A stretch of DNA of 64,000 nt from Octopus vulgaris (GCA_951406725.2 OX597833.1:36890001-36954000); one strand, 5' to 3'. Counted from the first letter of the stretch, positions 1 through 16,342 are shown. Notes: generated by a model from the letters alone, not told the origin. Numbers and translations: made by a program.

Positions 1-1450
1 TTTGTCGGGGAATAGTAATTGATAAGGTGACGACAGTCTCTTAGGAATTTATCCGGAATTATAATTACTTAATATATGTTAGTATCATAAAACGGATAAT
101 ATAACACAGGCCTGGAACTAAGAGTTTAGGAGATCCTGTTCTGAAAATTGAAAATGTGAGACTTGGAACAACAGTTTAAGTGTTTTGAGTTTTCAATAAA
201 ATGATACTTTATTGTGTGTTTAGTATTCAGTAGTTTCTCTTCTCCTTTTATTATGTGTGCTTGCTTAAAATAAATTATGTTAAATGGGAAATGTAAGATC
301 TACATCCTCTCGTTTATTAGCGTTTACTTAAAAATGTAACCGTTTCTGTTACAACTTTTTTAGCAACAAAATTATATGTGCATTCATAGGTTGGCTAGTA
401 ATTGCTTCGTGTAATACATTTCTTGAACGCTTCTCTGAATTATTCCTTGTCTAAACCAAAAAAGATTAACCTTTATGGCTCCTTAAATCATACCTTATCG
501 TCTTAAATATGCACTGGATAATATAAAAAAGCCAAGGAAGTCGTGGCTTAAATGCTTTATATCATGGGCTTGTTGCATCAGAGTTAACTTCAGGCTAAAC
601 AAGAATTTTTTGTAGTGATGAAGAACCCTACGCCGAAACCTTAGCTTTTCTTCTAAGCGCACGAGGACATATTCTAGTTTGTGAAATTTACTGAACTAGT
701 ATTATCAACGAAGACTACCACCACTAATTAGTCACATATTAGAAATAACTTCCAGTTTTAGTCACTGGGTACATATTCTGAATGCTGAACAAGAAATGGT
801 TAAAAGATTTCTCTTCTCGGCTGTTTTCAGCTGAGCCAATCAGCAACAGAATTCAAACTACGATACGGGAATGATGATGATGAAACAGCGAGAGTCAAAA
901 GGTCATCTCGTAAGCAAGCGAATTTTCTTTTCACCACAGATATTTGTTCCAAAAGTTATTGTAAATTCCTCTTTATTTAATATAAATTTACCTTACACGC
1001 ATCGGTTATGTCGTACGCTGCTTGCATGTGTTCTCAAGATTTTAAAACTCAGGCAGCATTGCGTGTCAAATATATTACTTTAGTATACTTCTGTTGGAAA
1101 TAATCAAAGTGATGACACATAAAGTGATTGAAACACTTCAAAGGAAAATAATATGAAAATATCTAATAAGCAACTCACGGATTAGTAAAAAGATCTAAAA
1201 GACAAAGCAAACAAACATCTATTTGTGTCTATGAATAGGAAAGAAAAATTAGAAATCCTTCTTTGCGATTTATAATTTCTGGGAATTGTATTCTTCAGAA
1301 TTTGTATTAATAGAAATTCGAAATAAAACGGAAAAGACCATAGAATACAGAAAAGGAAACTAAAAGTGGCCGCAGTCAAATGACTGAAACAAATAAAAGA
1401 ATATATATATAGTTGAAAAATGATTAGAGAACTATACAAATCAAATTTTT

Positions 1451-1854
1451 ATATATAAAAGATGAATGTGGAACTAGCACAGAAGAAAATCTAAGACATT
1501 TCAATTTTAGAGGGATTTTTCATAAAAATGATTTTAAAAATTATATAAAGAAAATATAACTGGCTTCGATGAATCTCATCTTATCAAATATCAGTAAAAA
1601 TTAATAAAAGTTTGAAATAAAAGCAGTTTCAAGACTCAAGAACATGTCTTGACTCCCAGACATGTTCTTGACTCTCAGACTGAAGATAAACTGTTTTTAT
1701 TTCAAATTTTTATAAATTTTTACTGATATTTGATAAGATGAGATTCATCGGAACCGGAAATTTTTCTTTATACAATTTTTAAAATCATTTTTATCAAATT
1801 CCCTCTAAAATTGAAATGTCTTAAACTTACTTCTGTGCTATTTCCACCTCCATC

Positions 1855-1864
<10 letters not shown>
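1451..1864. repeat. Imperfect fold-back inverted repeat (about 180-bp arms), MITE-like, TA-flanked
   Basis: For example GATGAATCTCATCTTATCAAATATCAGTAAAAATT versus AATTTTTACTGATATTTGATAAGATGAGATTCATC. Inner IR TCAAGAACATGTCT/AGACATGTTCTTGA. Confidence 0.85.

Positions 1865-1945
<81 letters not shown>
1858..1945. repeat. (TA)n microsatellite
   Basis: Direct reading; one of dozens of (TA)n tracts. Confidence 0.95.
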
Positions 1946-1949
<4 letters not shown>

Positions 1950-2883
1950 TATTACATTGTATTTAAGAAATCGTAAGAAAAAATATATTTAAAACAATGA
2001 TGACATCCAGCTGTTTCTAAAATGAGCTACTTCCCTTCAGAGACCATATGCCATAGAGGCACTGGAGTTCAGTTAGATATGATAAGTATTCTCAACGTAG
2101 TGACATCAGTAGCAGTAGATTTTTGAATAGTAAATTATACCAAAATTTTGCAATCCTAAACGGTAATGCATTTTGAATTACATTCGGATATATGCATACA
2201 TATTTATATACATACGCACACACGCACACACACACATACACACATACAACACAAGCACATGCATATACATACACACATATACATATATATTTATGTATTA
2301 TTGTATGTATGTACAGTAAATCCACTTCTGTCATATATTACTAGGCAATACAAACCTACAAAATTTCGTACTAATGACAAACATTGGAAGGCAACTAAAT
2401 CTTTTTTTCCTTTTCTTACTCTTTTTTCCAAACAGGGTTCAACTATTTTCCGACAAGAAAAGGTTGATTGATATTTGCAACGGCAGGAATTTAAACGAGC
2501 AATGAAATAAATTTATATTATGGATGTTAACAAGACTATATTTTGCACAGTAAGTCAATATTTATAGATTTATATTTTTCTGTCTCAATTCGTCCGTCTA
2601 TCTGAATGGCTGTCTCGTGGATGTGCGCGTACTTGCGTGCATGCGTGTGTGTACGAATGAACATGTAATGAGAATTTTTATTTGGCCTTAGATCTGAACA
2701 CAGGTAATTTACTCTCATATATTTCGGGTGATCCAGTTTCTTTCACGGCCTTATGCTAGAGTAAAAAAAGGGCAACATTATATTAAAATCTAATATACAG
2801 AGAAACTTCTCTGCTAGGTTTCACACTCTCACGAATCTGCTAATCAGATCATCGTCGTAATGTCATACAACACACACACAACG

Positions 2884-2959
<76 letters not shown>

Positions 2960-3493
2960 TACATGCACACAAACACACAAACACATACACAATGCATGCA
3001 GCAAAGTAGTGTAAGGCTGAAAGGCATAAGCATAAGAAGTGGTTTTGCTATTTAGAAGTACAATTCGGAAGAACTTAATGATAGCTAATAAGTATAACTG
3101 ATCGCTGCTTATGTCAAACTCAAACAGAATCAAACCTATTATTTCTTTTGAGAGACATGCAGATACGAGAGCAGCTTGAATATTATTGTATAAAATGTTG
3201 CTGGAATTTCTCTCGGATAATTCTTGATTTATGCTTTTCTGACGTCTTTCACCTTTCTTTCTCCCCCACTCCCTCTTCCACTCCTGTTTGTATCTCTCCC
3301 TTTCTCTTTATGTGTACATCATTGGATCACGCACATAAAATATACAGCTATATTAGCACACACGCGCATACACACATATATATATGCATGCATAAATTGC
3401 ATTTATGGATGTCGGTGTGCGCGTGCATCTATGTCTGTGCATAAATTTGTGTAAGTATATATATACATGCATACATACATATATATATATATG

Positions 3494-3535
<42 letters not shown>

Positions 3536-3538
<3 letters not shown>

Positions 3539-3747
3539 TCTTTTCTACTCTGGGAACAAGGCCCGAAATTTTGGGGGAGGGGACCAGTCGATTAGATCGA
3601 CCCCAGTACGCAACTGATACTTAATTTATCGATCTTGAAGGGATGAAAAGCAAAATTAACCTCGGCGGAATTTGAACTCAGAACGTACAGACGAAATACC
3701 GCTAAGCATCTCTCCTGGCGTGCTAACGTTTCTGCCAGCTCGCCGCC
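3536..3747 (-). mobile_element. SINE family A (alternative tail)
   Basis: Reverse complement of the family A head and core, with tail CCCTCCCCCAAAATTTCGGGCCTTG...GTAGAAAAG. Confidence 0.85.
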
Positions 3748-3868
3748 TTGTATATACATATAGGATAATAAAAAGAATGGTGCACATCTGGTAGCTTACT
3801 GTTAAAAAGTGTTACTTTCACAGTGATCGTTATGTTTATTCTACCTTCCGTCTTTCATTTGCCATACG

Positions 3869-4089
3869 CTTTTACTCTTTTATTTGTTTCAGTCATTTGA
3901 CTGCGGTCATGCTGGAGCACCGCCTTTAGTCGAACAAATCGCCCCCAGGACTCATTCTTTGAAAGTCTAGTACTTATTCCATCGAGTCTTTTGCCAAACC
4001 GCTAGGTTACGGGGCCGTAAAATACCAGCATCGCTCTTCAAGCGATAGTGAGGGGACAAACACAGACACAAAGGCACATACACATACGC

Positions 4090-4131
<42 letters not shown>

Positions 4132-4240
4132 ATCGGCCGGGGCTGTAGTAGAAGACATTTGCCCAAGGTGCCACACAATGAGACTGAATCCAGAAACATG
4201 TGGCTGGAAAGCAAACTTCTTACCATACACCACTCCTGGG
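3869..4240 (-). mobile_element. SINE family B (tRNA head, CCTTGGGCAAGTG CORE-like motif, internal microsatellite)
   Basis: Reverse complement of the family B consensus seen at 51914 and 61671; partial internal deletion. Confidence 0.85.
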
Positions 4241-4242
4241 AT

Positions 4243-4852
<610 letters not shown>

Positions 4853-4865
4853 TGTGTGTGTTTTT

Positions 4866-4896
<31 letters not shown>

Positions 4897-4902
<6 letters not shown>

Positions 4903-5110
4903 TTAAGGGTATCTAAGAGATACCTCCATGCTAGATATAGCAGCCAAAACTTGACTCTAAAACCACATTAATTGTTCATGCAGCACCAGGAGAGATGACA
5001 AAGCGACAAAATTAACTAGCCAAAAAAAAATTACAGGATAATTCCAGATACCGGATTTGTGGCTCTGCATAAGAAATGCTTTACCTTCATCAGTGGAATA
5101 TACGGGGATA
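4897..5110 (-). mobile_element. PLE-type end with degenerate hammerhead, between (TA)n tracts
   Basis: Minus strand 5100-5041 reads ATTCCA-CTGATGA-AGG..GCAT TTCTT ATGC..GCC-ACAAA-TCCG-GTA-TC-TGGAAT. Stem I and CUGAUGA are intact; GAAA is mutated. Confidence 0.5.
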
Positions 5111-5404
5111 GCACATAAATACAAATATATATATATATATATATAATATACGAATACTTATACGACCGTATACATACATACATATATATATGCAAGTATG
5201 CACTCGACCAGTTTAAAATGCCCGCCTCAAACTCCTCGTGCAATATGGTCAAAATACCACCGCAGTGAATATAATGACGAAATAAATATATAAATTTATA
5301 TAAATAAGGATAAGATCGTTAATTAAAATACCGATCTTATCAGGTGGCCAGCATGGGAATAAAAACCTCGAAGGTAATACTTATTATTAAAATTATAATT
5401 AAGG

Positions 5405-5455
<51 letters not shown>

Positions 5456-6169
5456 TATAAAATATATATATGCATGTATGTATGTTTGTATGAATGCATG
5501 TATGTATGCATATATATGTATATATGTATGTATGTATATATATATACATATATATATGTGTGTGTATGTGTGTGTGTTGGTGATTATGATGATAATGATG
5601 ATGATGATGATAGTGGTGGTGGTGGTGGTTATAGTCTCTTGTAGTCCGAGAAAGATGGGTCTGCGATTTCTTGCTGAACAACCTGGACAAATGACTTATT
5701 TATAGTAATGAAATGCCTGTGCTATACATTAACTCTCATTCCCTCTATCAAATCAACGTTGCATGAACTGGCGTACCACACGCAAAGTGCCAAAGTGATT
5801 CGCTCAAGAACTGAATGCACCACCTGGTCCAAGAATTGAAGCCAGGATGTCTTGAGCGCAACACACACCCTAACCATTTAGCCATGATCCTTCATATATA
5901 TATATAGAATATATATGCATATATATGCATATGCACATATATATTTATTTAATGTTGTTTATAAAGCCAAATCAATGCGAGTTATAAGAAATGTAGAGAC
6001 AATACAAATCAATGGCTTCAACATTTTGTAATTCAATATTTCGGTGTTAGGACACTTTCTTTAAAACGTTTTCGCTGATGTGGTGTTGAGATTTGACTTC
6101 TTTGTTGTGTAGTCTACAAGAAACGGTCATGTCGAGATATTGAAATATAAGGTAGAAGTACAAACCATT

Positions 6170-6286
6170 AAGGCAGAATCGTTAGCACGCCGGGCGAAAT
6201 GCTTAGGGGTATTTCGTCTGCCACTACGTTGTCTGTCCTTGTTTGTCCCCTCTGTGTTTAGCCACTTGTGGGTAGTAAAGAAATGA
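6170..6286 (+). mobile_element. SINE family A, internally deleted, with 18-bp TSD
   Basis: Head joined directly to tail. TSD GTAGAAGTACAAACCATT at 6152-69 and 6287-6304. Confidence 0.85.
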
Positions 6287-6425
6287 GTAGAAGTACAAAC
6301 CATTGACTTGTATTATTTCATCTAATCTGCATTCTTTTGGATTTATAAAACAACATTTCAACTATTGTCTATATCAAACGATGCTTCGTGCACCCTCTCT
6401 GTACATACATACATACATATACTAT

Positions 6426-6463
<38 letters not shown>

Positions 6464-7599
6464 TGTATGTATGTATGTATGTATGTATGTACATGGTGTC
6501 CCTTAGCAGACAGTTAACACAAGTGAGATAATTAGTTCCTTATATTTGGCGGGATTTGAAATTAAAGATTAAGTGATTAGATGCATAGAATATACACATT
6601 TATTTATGCTTACTTATTAGAAGTTCTTACATATTCACGTCATTGATGGACCTGTATAGCACCATTTCATTCTTTTTAGAAATCATCAGCATGGCATAAC
6701 CTGCGGTGTATAAAACATTTCCTGAAGGGAGACATTTCCTGTAGAAATTTATGGAATACCTGTTTTTATCATTTTGTTTTATATTTTTCATTGAGCGTTA
6801 GTAGTTTAGCAATCGAGGATATATATGTATACTTTCGAATTTTAATTCAATATGAGAGACAATACAACGATATGGTCCCAGACGATCTGATTAACCCTTC
6901 CCATCAAAGCTTTGATTGAAATATATTCCATGTTATCATCAATCGGCTACAGACCAGAATCACATCCCACTGCATTCCATATTAAATCGGTTCCTCTACC
7001 TTTTTATTTTAACAGAATTTAAAATTTCGGTAATGATTACTTTCATCATCATATATGTATTTTGATTGCATCAATTATATTAGCACCCACTTTACTATTA
7101 AAGTGGATACTAGCATGCTTAATGTAGCAGATACCCGGGTGATTTTTGCAGGAAAAACATTTCCATGTAAAAGCAATATAATTTTTTGTTAAGCAAGAAA
7201 AAGGTCAGTTGTTAAAGATATACAGTATGCATACATATAAACATTTGAATGGAAATGAATAAGAATATAATAATATCGTAGTGCGGTACGTATTCACCAC
7301 AATACTGATTGTTGTGTGATAGGTTGTGGTGCGACATGAACAACTAGAAGGAAGTAAAGGAACTATCCTCTGTCCCGTAAATCGCCATCATCAGTCTTAG
7401 TTGAAAGGATGAGGAATATATCCAGTTATTTGAGACTTACGGCGAACTAAATTTTTGTGCCGCTTAGTGTAGGAACTGAGCTCAGTTTAAAGTCCTGTAA
7501 ATTCTTTTATAATCACAGTTTGTAAAGACTAACGGTTATCCTTCTATAAGTGCCAGCAACTATACGTTTTTTGAAAGCAACTGAAGTGAAAGAGGTGTA

Positions 7600-8680
7600 A
7601 TATTTACATTCTCTTCTTTCCCCACTCGCTCTTATTTTACCAACATCAGATCCTCCTTAGACGAACATTCTCTATGGAACTCTAACAACTCAACCACACA
7701 ATTTTATACAATATTTACTGGTATCAGACAGTCTTTTTGGACATCCTCTGCTCTTGGATAATTATGATTATACAGTCTGGTTTTACCAAACACCATTCAT
7801 AGTTGAGGGTTTTATTGCTACCAGTGCCTTTGTCATTTTCTACTGCATCCACAGAGTTGAATTTTTTCTAGATGTTTCTTACTGCACGCTTATCGTCACT
7901 ATCAATTGCTTTTATGAACAGTATCAAAGTTTTTCTCTGATAATAACCCTTGAAGTTAGCCATCACACTTTGAAAGATTACCGAGAGCGCTGTTCTTAGG
8001 GATATATTCCAGCCTCACATCAAACATATTATTCAAATTTAATGGATGTCTAAACGCATTGTCTAAAAGGAACAATGCGTCGTTAGAAATATGCTTCGAA
8101 CTATATTTTTATAAATCAGCCTTGGAAAAGTGTCATAGTCATCGAACCATTTTTATTTAAACACCAATTCTCAGGGAGATTAAACTTAGCACAGACCTTC
8201 AAAGTCCTTAGATTCTGAAAGTGATATACAAGTAAAGGTTTTAATTTAATATCACCAGCCGCATATCTATCATAAGAAGCGTTAGCCGAATTTTGGAAGC
8301 TTCAAAGGCTGTTCTTCACTAGAAATAAAAGTCCTAACAGGTGATTCTAGCAACATTTTACATTTGTAAATAAAAGTCCTAACAGGTGTTTCAGCAACAT
8401 TTTACATTTGTTGTTGTGTAGCGACCTTCATCAATAATTTTATTCAGCTTCTCAGAATAATTACTTGCCACTTCTTTATCTGTACCGACAAAACATTTAT
8501 CGCTATTGCCACATATTTTTGTATCATACACGTTGCAATATGGCAAAGTTTTTCTAGCGTATCAAACTTTTAGAGAAGACCGAAGTTTAACGTCCAACGT
8601 AAAGGGATTAAGTTGGACGTTAAGCTTTTTTACATTATACTTTCATTTCTATTTGATGGCTCTTTCCAGGCATCTTAAAT
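7600..8680 (-). pseudogene. pogo/Tigger-like transposase remnant
   Basis: Minus-strand fragments DKEVASNYSEKLNKIIDEG, NVAET, FEASKIRLTLL, AAGDIKLKPLLVYHFQNLRTLK, IKPSTMNGVW, with many stops and frameshifts. Confidence 0.75.
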
Positions 8681-8901
8681 ATGTTAGTAATTAAATCCGG
8701 TGGTAGACAAGAAAATAGAAGAATAGGAAAAATAGTAAAATTCAAGGGAAATTAGTGATGTACTGTGTCGGGAAAAGTAGCAAGCTTATTCGGGCGCAAA
8801 ATATAAATGAAAATATGAAAGATAGGCAGAAGTCAATGGGAAAATGTAGTGGTTGATAAAAATTTATAGCAAGATCCGTGTCAGCTATATTGGCACGCAC
8901 G

Positions 8902-8961
<60 letters not shown>

Positions 8962-9160
8962 CACAGAGAAAAGAGGTGCCGAAGAGGAAGCGGATAAATG
9001 GCGGCAATTATGTTGAGATCAATGAAAAATATGGTCAGTTGAATTTAGTGTACACATGAACAGAAGAGGGAACACATGGTTGATGGAAAGATTGGAAAAG
9101 TAAATATGGAAATTAAATTTTTTTTAATTGTTAAAACTGTTATATATATATATATATATA

Positions 9161-9418
9161 GGCGTAGGAGTGAATGTGTGATAAGTAGCTTGCTTACGAA
9201 CCACATGGTTCCGGGTTCAGTCCCACTGCGTGGCACCTTGGGTAAGTGTCTTCTACTATAGCCTCGGGCCGATCAAGGCCTTGTGAGTAACTTAGTTCGG
9301 CAAAAGAGACCGATAGAATAAGTACTAGGCTTACAAAGAATATTTTCTTGGGGTCGAGTTGCTCGACTAAAGGCGGTGCTCCGGCATGGTCACAGTCACA
9401 TGACTGAAACAAGTAAGG
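9161..9418 (+). mobile_element. SINE family B, internally deleted
   Basis: Head GGCGTAGGAGTG..GGTTCAGTCCCACTGCG joined to the 3' part; the central microsatellite block is missing. Confidence 0.85.
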
Positions 9419-9434
9419 GAGTATATATATATAT

Positions 9435-9632
9435 TCTTTTACTTGTTTCAATCATTTTACTGCGGCCATGCTGGACCACCGCCTTTAGTCGAGCAAATCG
9501 ACCTCAGGACTTATTCTTTGTAAGACTCATACTTATTCTATCGGTCTCTTTTGCCGAACCGCTAGTTACGAGGACGTAAACGCATCAGCATCTGTTGTCA
9601 AGCGATGTTGAGGGTGACAAAGACACAAACAT
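9435..9632 (-). mobile_element. SINE family B 3' half, inverted relative to its neighbour
   Basis: Reverse complement of the family B 3' region. Confidence 0.85.
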
Positions 9633-9648
9633 ATACACACACATACAT

Positions 9649-9718
<70 letters not shown>

Positions 9719-10031
9719 CATACATACATACATACTACATACATACATACATACATATATACATACATACATACATGTATATGTGTGTGTATGTCGTATA
9801 GCCTGCTGGAGACGATATTTCCTGGGGCTAAATAACTAACAATCGTCCTAATCATGACAGCCACATTATGTTGGCAAATAATCTTTACTCTAGAGTACTT
9901 TTACTGAATGCCTCTCGTTCAGAGATTTAGAAATAATGATTTTATGTATGTATATATATATACATATATATATATATTCACACACACACGCACATCGTAT
10001 ATGTTCTATTCACAAATAGTTAGACAGATTA

Positions 10032-10071
<40 letters not shown>

Positions 10072-11199
10072 AACCAAGTAAGATTCATATGTCAAAGAGC
10101 ACTAAGTTTATGAACTATAACATTAATGTTACGAGTGTCAACATGACACAAACCAATTAAACATATACATTTATACATAACATAATTGTTTCTTCATTTG
10201 AATCATGTCGGTGCAGTATCAACCTTAGCGATTTTAATGGTAGAAGCCTCGAATCTGAGTCCAGCCATCTATTCCCCCAACAATTTCGAATGAGCGTAAT
10301 TGAAATCATATTTATGAATAGAAATATACATATATATATATATATTTTGTAAAGAATTGATAGTTAAAGTCAAAATAAAATAAGCTTCAGAAAAAGTGAT
10401 CAACCATACCGAATCACAAAATCATTTTTCAAGGAGTTGATTTACCAAAGCCTGAGCCGTCATTCTACTTTTCTGTCGGGAAAGTATTGCAACAGAATGG
10501 TTTCAACTATTTCAATTTGAAGTGCGAGTTTAAGGGAACTAACTAAGACTCAAAACTGCATCATAAACCCTGCTTTTATGGTGGTATCCACCGTCCAAGG
10601 GTGAATAGACAATTTGCGCCTAGCGCAATGAAACATCTCGTGTACTTTGATGAGTGTGGTTTGAAGAGAGAGGTCACTGTTGACGGTTTCATTTTCAAGT
10701 TGTTGTTTAATCACAGGTCACTCCTGAATCAAGCACATCCATGACCAAAGCCATTCTAGCATAAGCATCTTTTTTTTTTTTAGCAGTACACCGTTTCTTT
10801 AAGAGGGAAATCTGGCTGCTATTTCTCGCAAGTCTTTTAAGATAAACTTGATGAACATCACAGTCACCTCACCAGCTATTATAACAATGTGACCTCGTTT
10901 ACATGATGAACCTCTCAACATCACAAGCATACACACACCACTATTATAGTTGTGGTCTTGTTTGCTAGACAACATCATATCACGACCCCCCCTACCATAG
11001 TAATTAATTATGCAGCCTTGATCAAAGTCACATCTCAATCACGTCCATCTTTCAACATAATAATTCGAAAGAATTTGAAGTTACAGTGCTATTTACCTTC
11101 TGTTCCTCTGATCGATGAAGCAAATGCTACAAAAATATTCAGATCGATTAGAAATATACTGTTGTCCAGTTTAAATACCAGTAAAATACTCGGGTCAGG

Positions 11200-12030
11200 T
11201 CATTAAAATGAATATCTCTCCCTTCCCTTCTTTAAGTATGAATAATCTACTCGGGTCGATACAATGAAATATTTACCATTTCCGCTTCTTCCTGAAAAAT
11301 TTGGTATTGATCCTAGTATCAATATTCAGTGGAGGGAACTCTATTATATGGTTATGTCCAAAGTTAAGTATTGTTTGTAATGTTTGAAAAGATTGGTATT
11401 TGTAGCGAATACGTTCGTGTAAAAGAGGATGTACGTGCAATGCAAGCAATAGATTTATAAAGAATCCGTTATTGTAGGAGTATATGATGATAGATAGTGA
11501 ATGAGAAAGCGTACAGCATGGTTAGCTAGTAACTGAACTAATAAAGCAGGTACACGTGTCAGTAAGGTTTAACTAATGTAAATTTAAGGTAAAGAACATG
11601 GACTGTGGTAGAAGCAGTAGAGGAGACGGGATCAGAGAACAATTATGGGCAGTGGCGACTGTATTTATAAAGACATTATATTGCATTAAGTATAACAAAT
11701 GTAGAAATAAGTTGAAAGAACTGTAATTTATAGTAGAAGCAGAAGGAATTGAGTGAAAGGTCAGTCATTGCATGGAGTGTAGTAACATTAAAATGAGTCT
11801 TTTTAAATGCAGAGATTTGTTAACAAACTTGAGAGAGGATGTGAATAATTGAATGGAGATGGTGTAGGCGGTGGTTCCAATTCGATGGTAAAAGTGTCAG
11901 TAATACAATGGACATGTGAGAGCACGACGAATGAGATAGTGATTGTGCTTTTTGCAAGTGTCAATTGGCGGTGTATATGACGATGGCACAGATAGTGTTC
12001 AGTGAAGTTTAGACTCCAGTCAGCTTTGAT
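11200..12030 (-). mobile_element. Possible ancient PLE remnant
   Basis: Minus-strand fragments IYCLHC (GIY-YIG-like) and FNYSHP; heavily degenerate. Confidence 0.2.
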
Positions 12031-12652
12031 CAATCAGGCCTATGATTAGAGGCACTCCTACCGTGGCCACCCCATCTTTTTATATATCTGCAACTATATT
12101 GTCCTATCTAACTTTTTTTCGAGATGGTAGCGTCAAATTGAGGGAATTAAACAGCAAATGGGACGATTGCACAGTGTCTCCCTCGTTAGCTTGTGGTTGT
12201 AGTTGTTGTTTCGCTCCATGTCAACCCTGATTGAGTAGACCTGTTATTAAAGGAATCATATCCGTGACCACCGCGTCACTATGCAGGCAGTATCCATCCA
12301 ATGGAATATTATTCAATGTGTTCTTCGTCTTTTAAGACAATAAGGTATGACAAAGTGGTGCGCAAGCTGCTGTTTCCAGCAGGACGAGTAACTGAGTGGA
12401 AAGTCCTCGTTGATGCTGTAGATGGTGATGGTAGTGATTTTGTTAGAGGGAAAGTTGCTGACGTTAGAGAAGTTTGTCTCGATAATGAAAGGAGTGATGG
12501 TTCGGCCGTAGATTACCAAGTCGGTTCCCCTGATAATAATATACATAAAAATAATGCAATATCATCAAATTTCACAAAACTCACTGAATGCGGGTAAACT
12601 CTTTCAATTGGCATATGTATTAGACAACTCACTGTACACGCGTGCACGCACA

Positions 12653-12696
<44 letters not shown>

Positions 12697-14379
12697 TAAT
12701 CAACTACACACCATTTATGACACAGAATTATGTTTTCTGTAATGCAGTATTTTTCATATATTTTTTTATTGAATGGTAATGGGCTCTCTGGTAAATATAA
12801 TGGCTGGCACCCCACTTTAATTCTAGCCAAGTAACAGTAGTCAGTAGTCTGAATGTAAGAGAGAAAACAGAGAGGAAGAGATAGACAAACAGTGTGAGAC
12901 AGAGACTGAAAGGCAGCCAGACAGATACAGACAGGCAGAAAAATCGGTGGCAGTCGAGGGTTATATAGACGAAGCTGTGTAAAGCTAGCTATTGCTATAT
13001 ATACCGCTGGATACTGAGACAGCATCGGCCATTACGTTTTGTTTTTGTTTTTCTTGTTCCGTCTTATATAAGGAGGTGGACATTTCATATAGCAGACGAG
13101 ACAGTGCAGCAATATACATACATACATACATACATACATACATACATACATACACATGCACGTACGGTATGCCTGTAAGTAGGAAGAGAGAGCGAGAGAG
13201 AGTGAGAGAGAGAGAGGAGGAGAGATGTGATGCATGAAGATGTTGATCGTGACGGGTGAGGTGGTAGTGATGGTAGTGTAAAAAGAATAGATTAGGTGGT
13301 CGCCTCGATAAACACGAGAGGTGAGGTTGATGGTGAATAGAAGAATTTATAACAGAGATGGTAGTAGTGATCATCTAAATGGTGTTGTTTTGTAGAGGTA
13401 ACGTAATGGTGTTGATGACAGAGGTGGCAGCAGCGGGTGTTGATATAAATGGTGGTTGTGGTAGCAGTAATAGAGATGGTAGTAGTCTCATTTATATAAT
13501 GGTGGTGGTGTTTTTGAGGAAGTTGGTGGTAGTGGGACACTGATACTGATAGTGGCGAAGGCTTAATAGAGAATTTGGGATAGTAGTATTGATAGAACGG
13601 TAATGGTGGTGGTGGTGGTGGTGGTGGTGGTGTAATAAAATGCATTCATTTACATAGAATTACGTATGGTTTCCAAATAAAAGTACAGATAGTTCCTTAA
13701 TCAGCCGTGATGAGGATAACCGTCTAGCGATTAACAAACTATTCTCGAGTTGTTTCTGTAATAACGCTGTTTCCGTGTGTAATGTGTATGTGTATGTAAG
13801 TGTGTGTGTGTGTATATGTACACGTGTGTGAGCGTCTGCGTATGTGTGTGAATGAGTGTTTTTCCGGGTGTATATAAAAAGAGAAAGAGCGGGAGAGAGA
13901 GAGAGAGAATGTTATATTCAATAAGCATACAAACTTTGCTATGCCATTAACATTTAAGTATATGAAGGTGTGTACTTTATATGCGTGCGCGTGTGTGTGT
14001 GTATCATCGCTGCTGCTGCGTAACCGAATACTTAAAAAGCTCGTTTCGAGATGCCGGGTTTGATTTCACCACCTGGTATCTTAAGTTAGTGTATTTTACC
14101 ACATCGTCGAGTAGACCTAAGCGTTGTGACTGAAATAAGGATGATGGAAATAGTAAAGGACCCATCGGAAAGATTGTACATACAATTCAAAGATCTAATA
14201 TATTACATTGGTTCTGCGAGAGGATTACGTTTATGGTGCATGTGTCTGTGGAATAACAAGCCAATAAGTAGCAGTTGGTCTGGCAACTAACAGGGACCCT
14301 TTTACTTTCATAATCATGACATTGACATATCTTCAAGAATAATTATTTCTAACAGAGGATACAAATTTTAAGAGATTGA

Positions 14380-15900
<1,521 letters not shown>

Positions 15901-16259
15901 TCTGTTTATTGCTTGATCGAATCAGTCATCCACCGATAACAACAACAACAACCATCTTAAAAAACAACAAGCTTCACGTTGTTGAGAGGGAAGCAAGAGC
16001 AACAATAGTACCATTATTAGTGTTACTGCTATCGTCAGAACAAGCACTCCAGGGGCATTTCTAAAACATGTCATCTTATGTAAGACCAAAACTATTATAT
16101 CTGCTCATATCTTTTTCTCTTTCTTTCCCTCACTCATAATCCTCATTAAACATCACACTGTGCTATACATGATACAATATGTCACCGACTACATTACGCA
16201 AAGATTTATTCAGCTTTTTCAATCCGTATATTTCTCATTAACGAACAATATTTATAAAC

Positions 16260-16342
<83 letters not shown>

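Noticed and set aside
615-645. TGATGAAG...CCGAAACC hammerhead-like string
   Set aside because: C3 is missing and stems I and II do not pair.
834-845. GAGCCAATCAGC CCAAT-box match
   Set aside because: A single short motif with no linked gene or other promoter evidence.
8322-8410. Tandem duplication of about 45 bp
   Set aside because: A local duplication inside a dead Tigger remnant; two units only, not a CRISPR-like array.
12990-13080. TATA-like and CArG-like motifs
   Set aside because: Imperfect matches that are expected by chance in TA-rich DNA.
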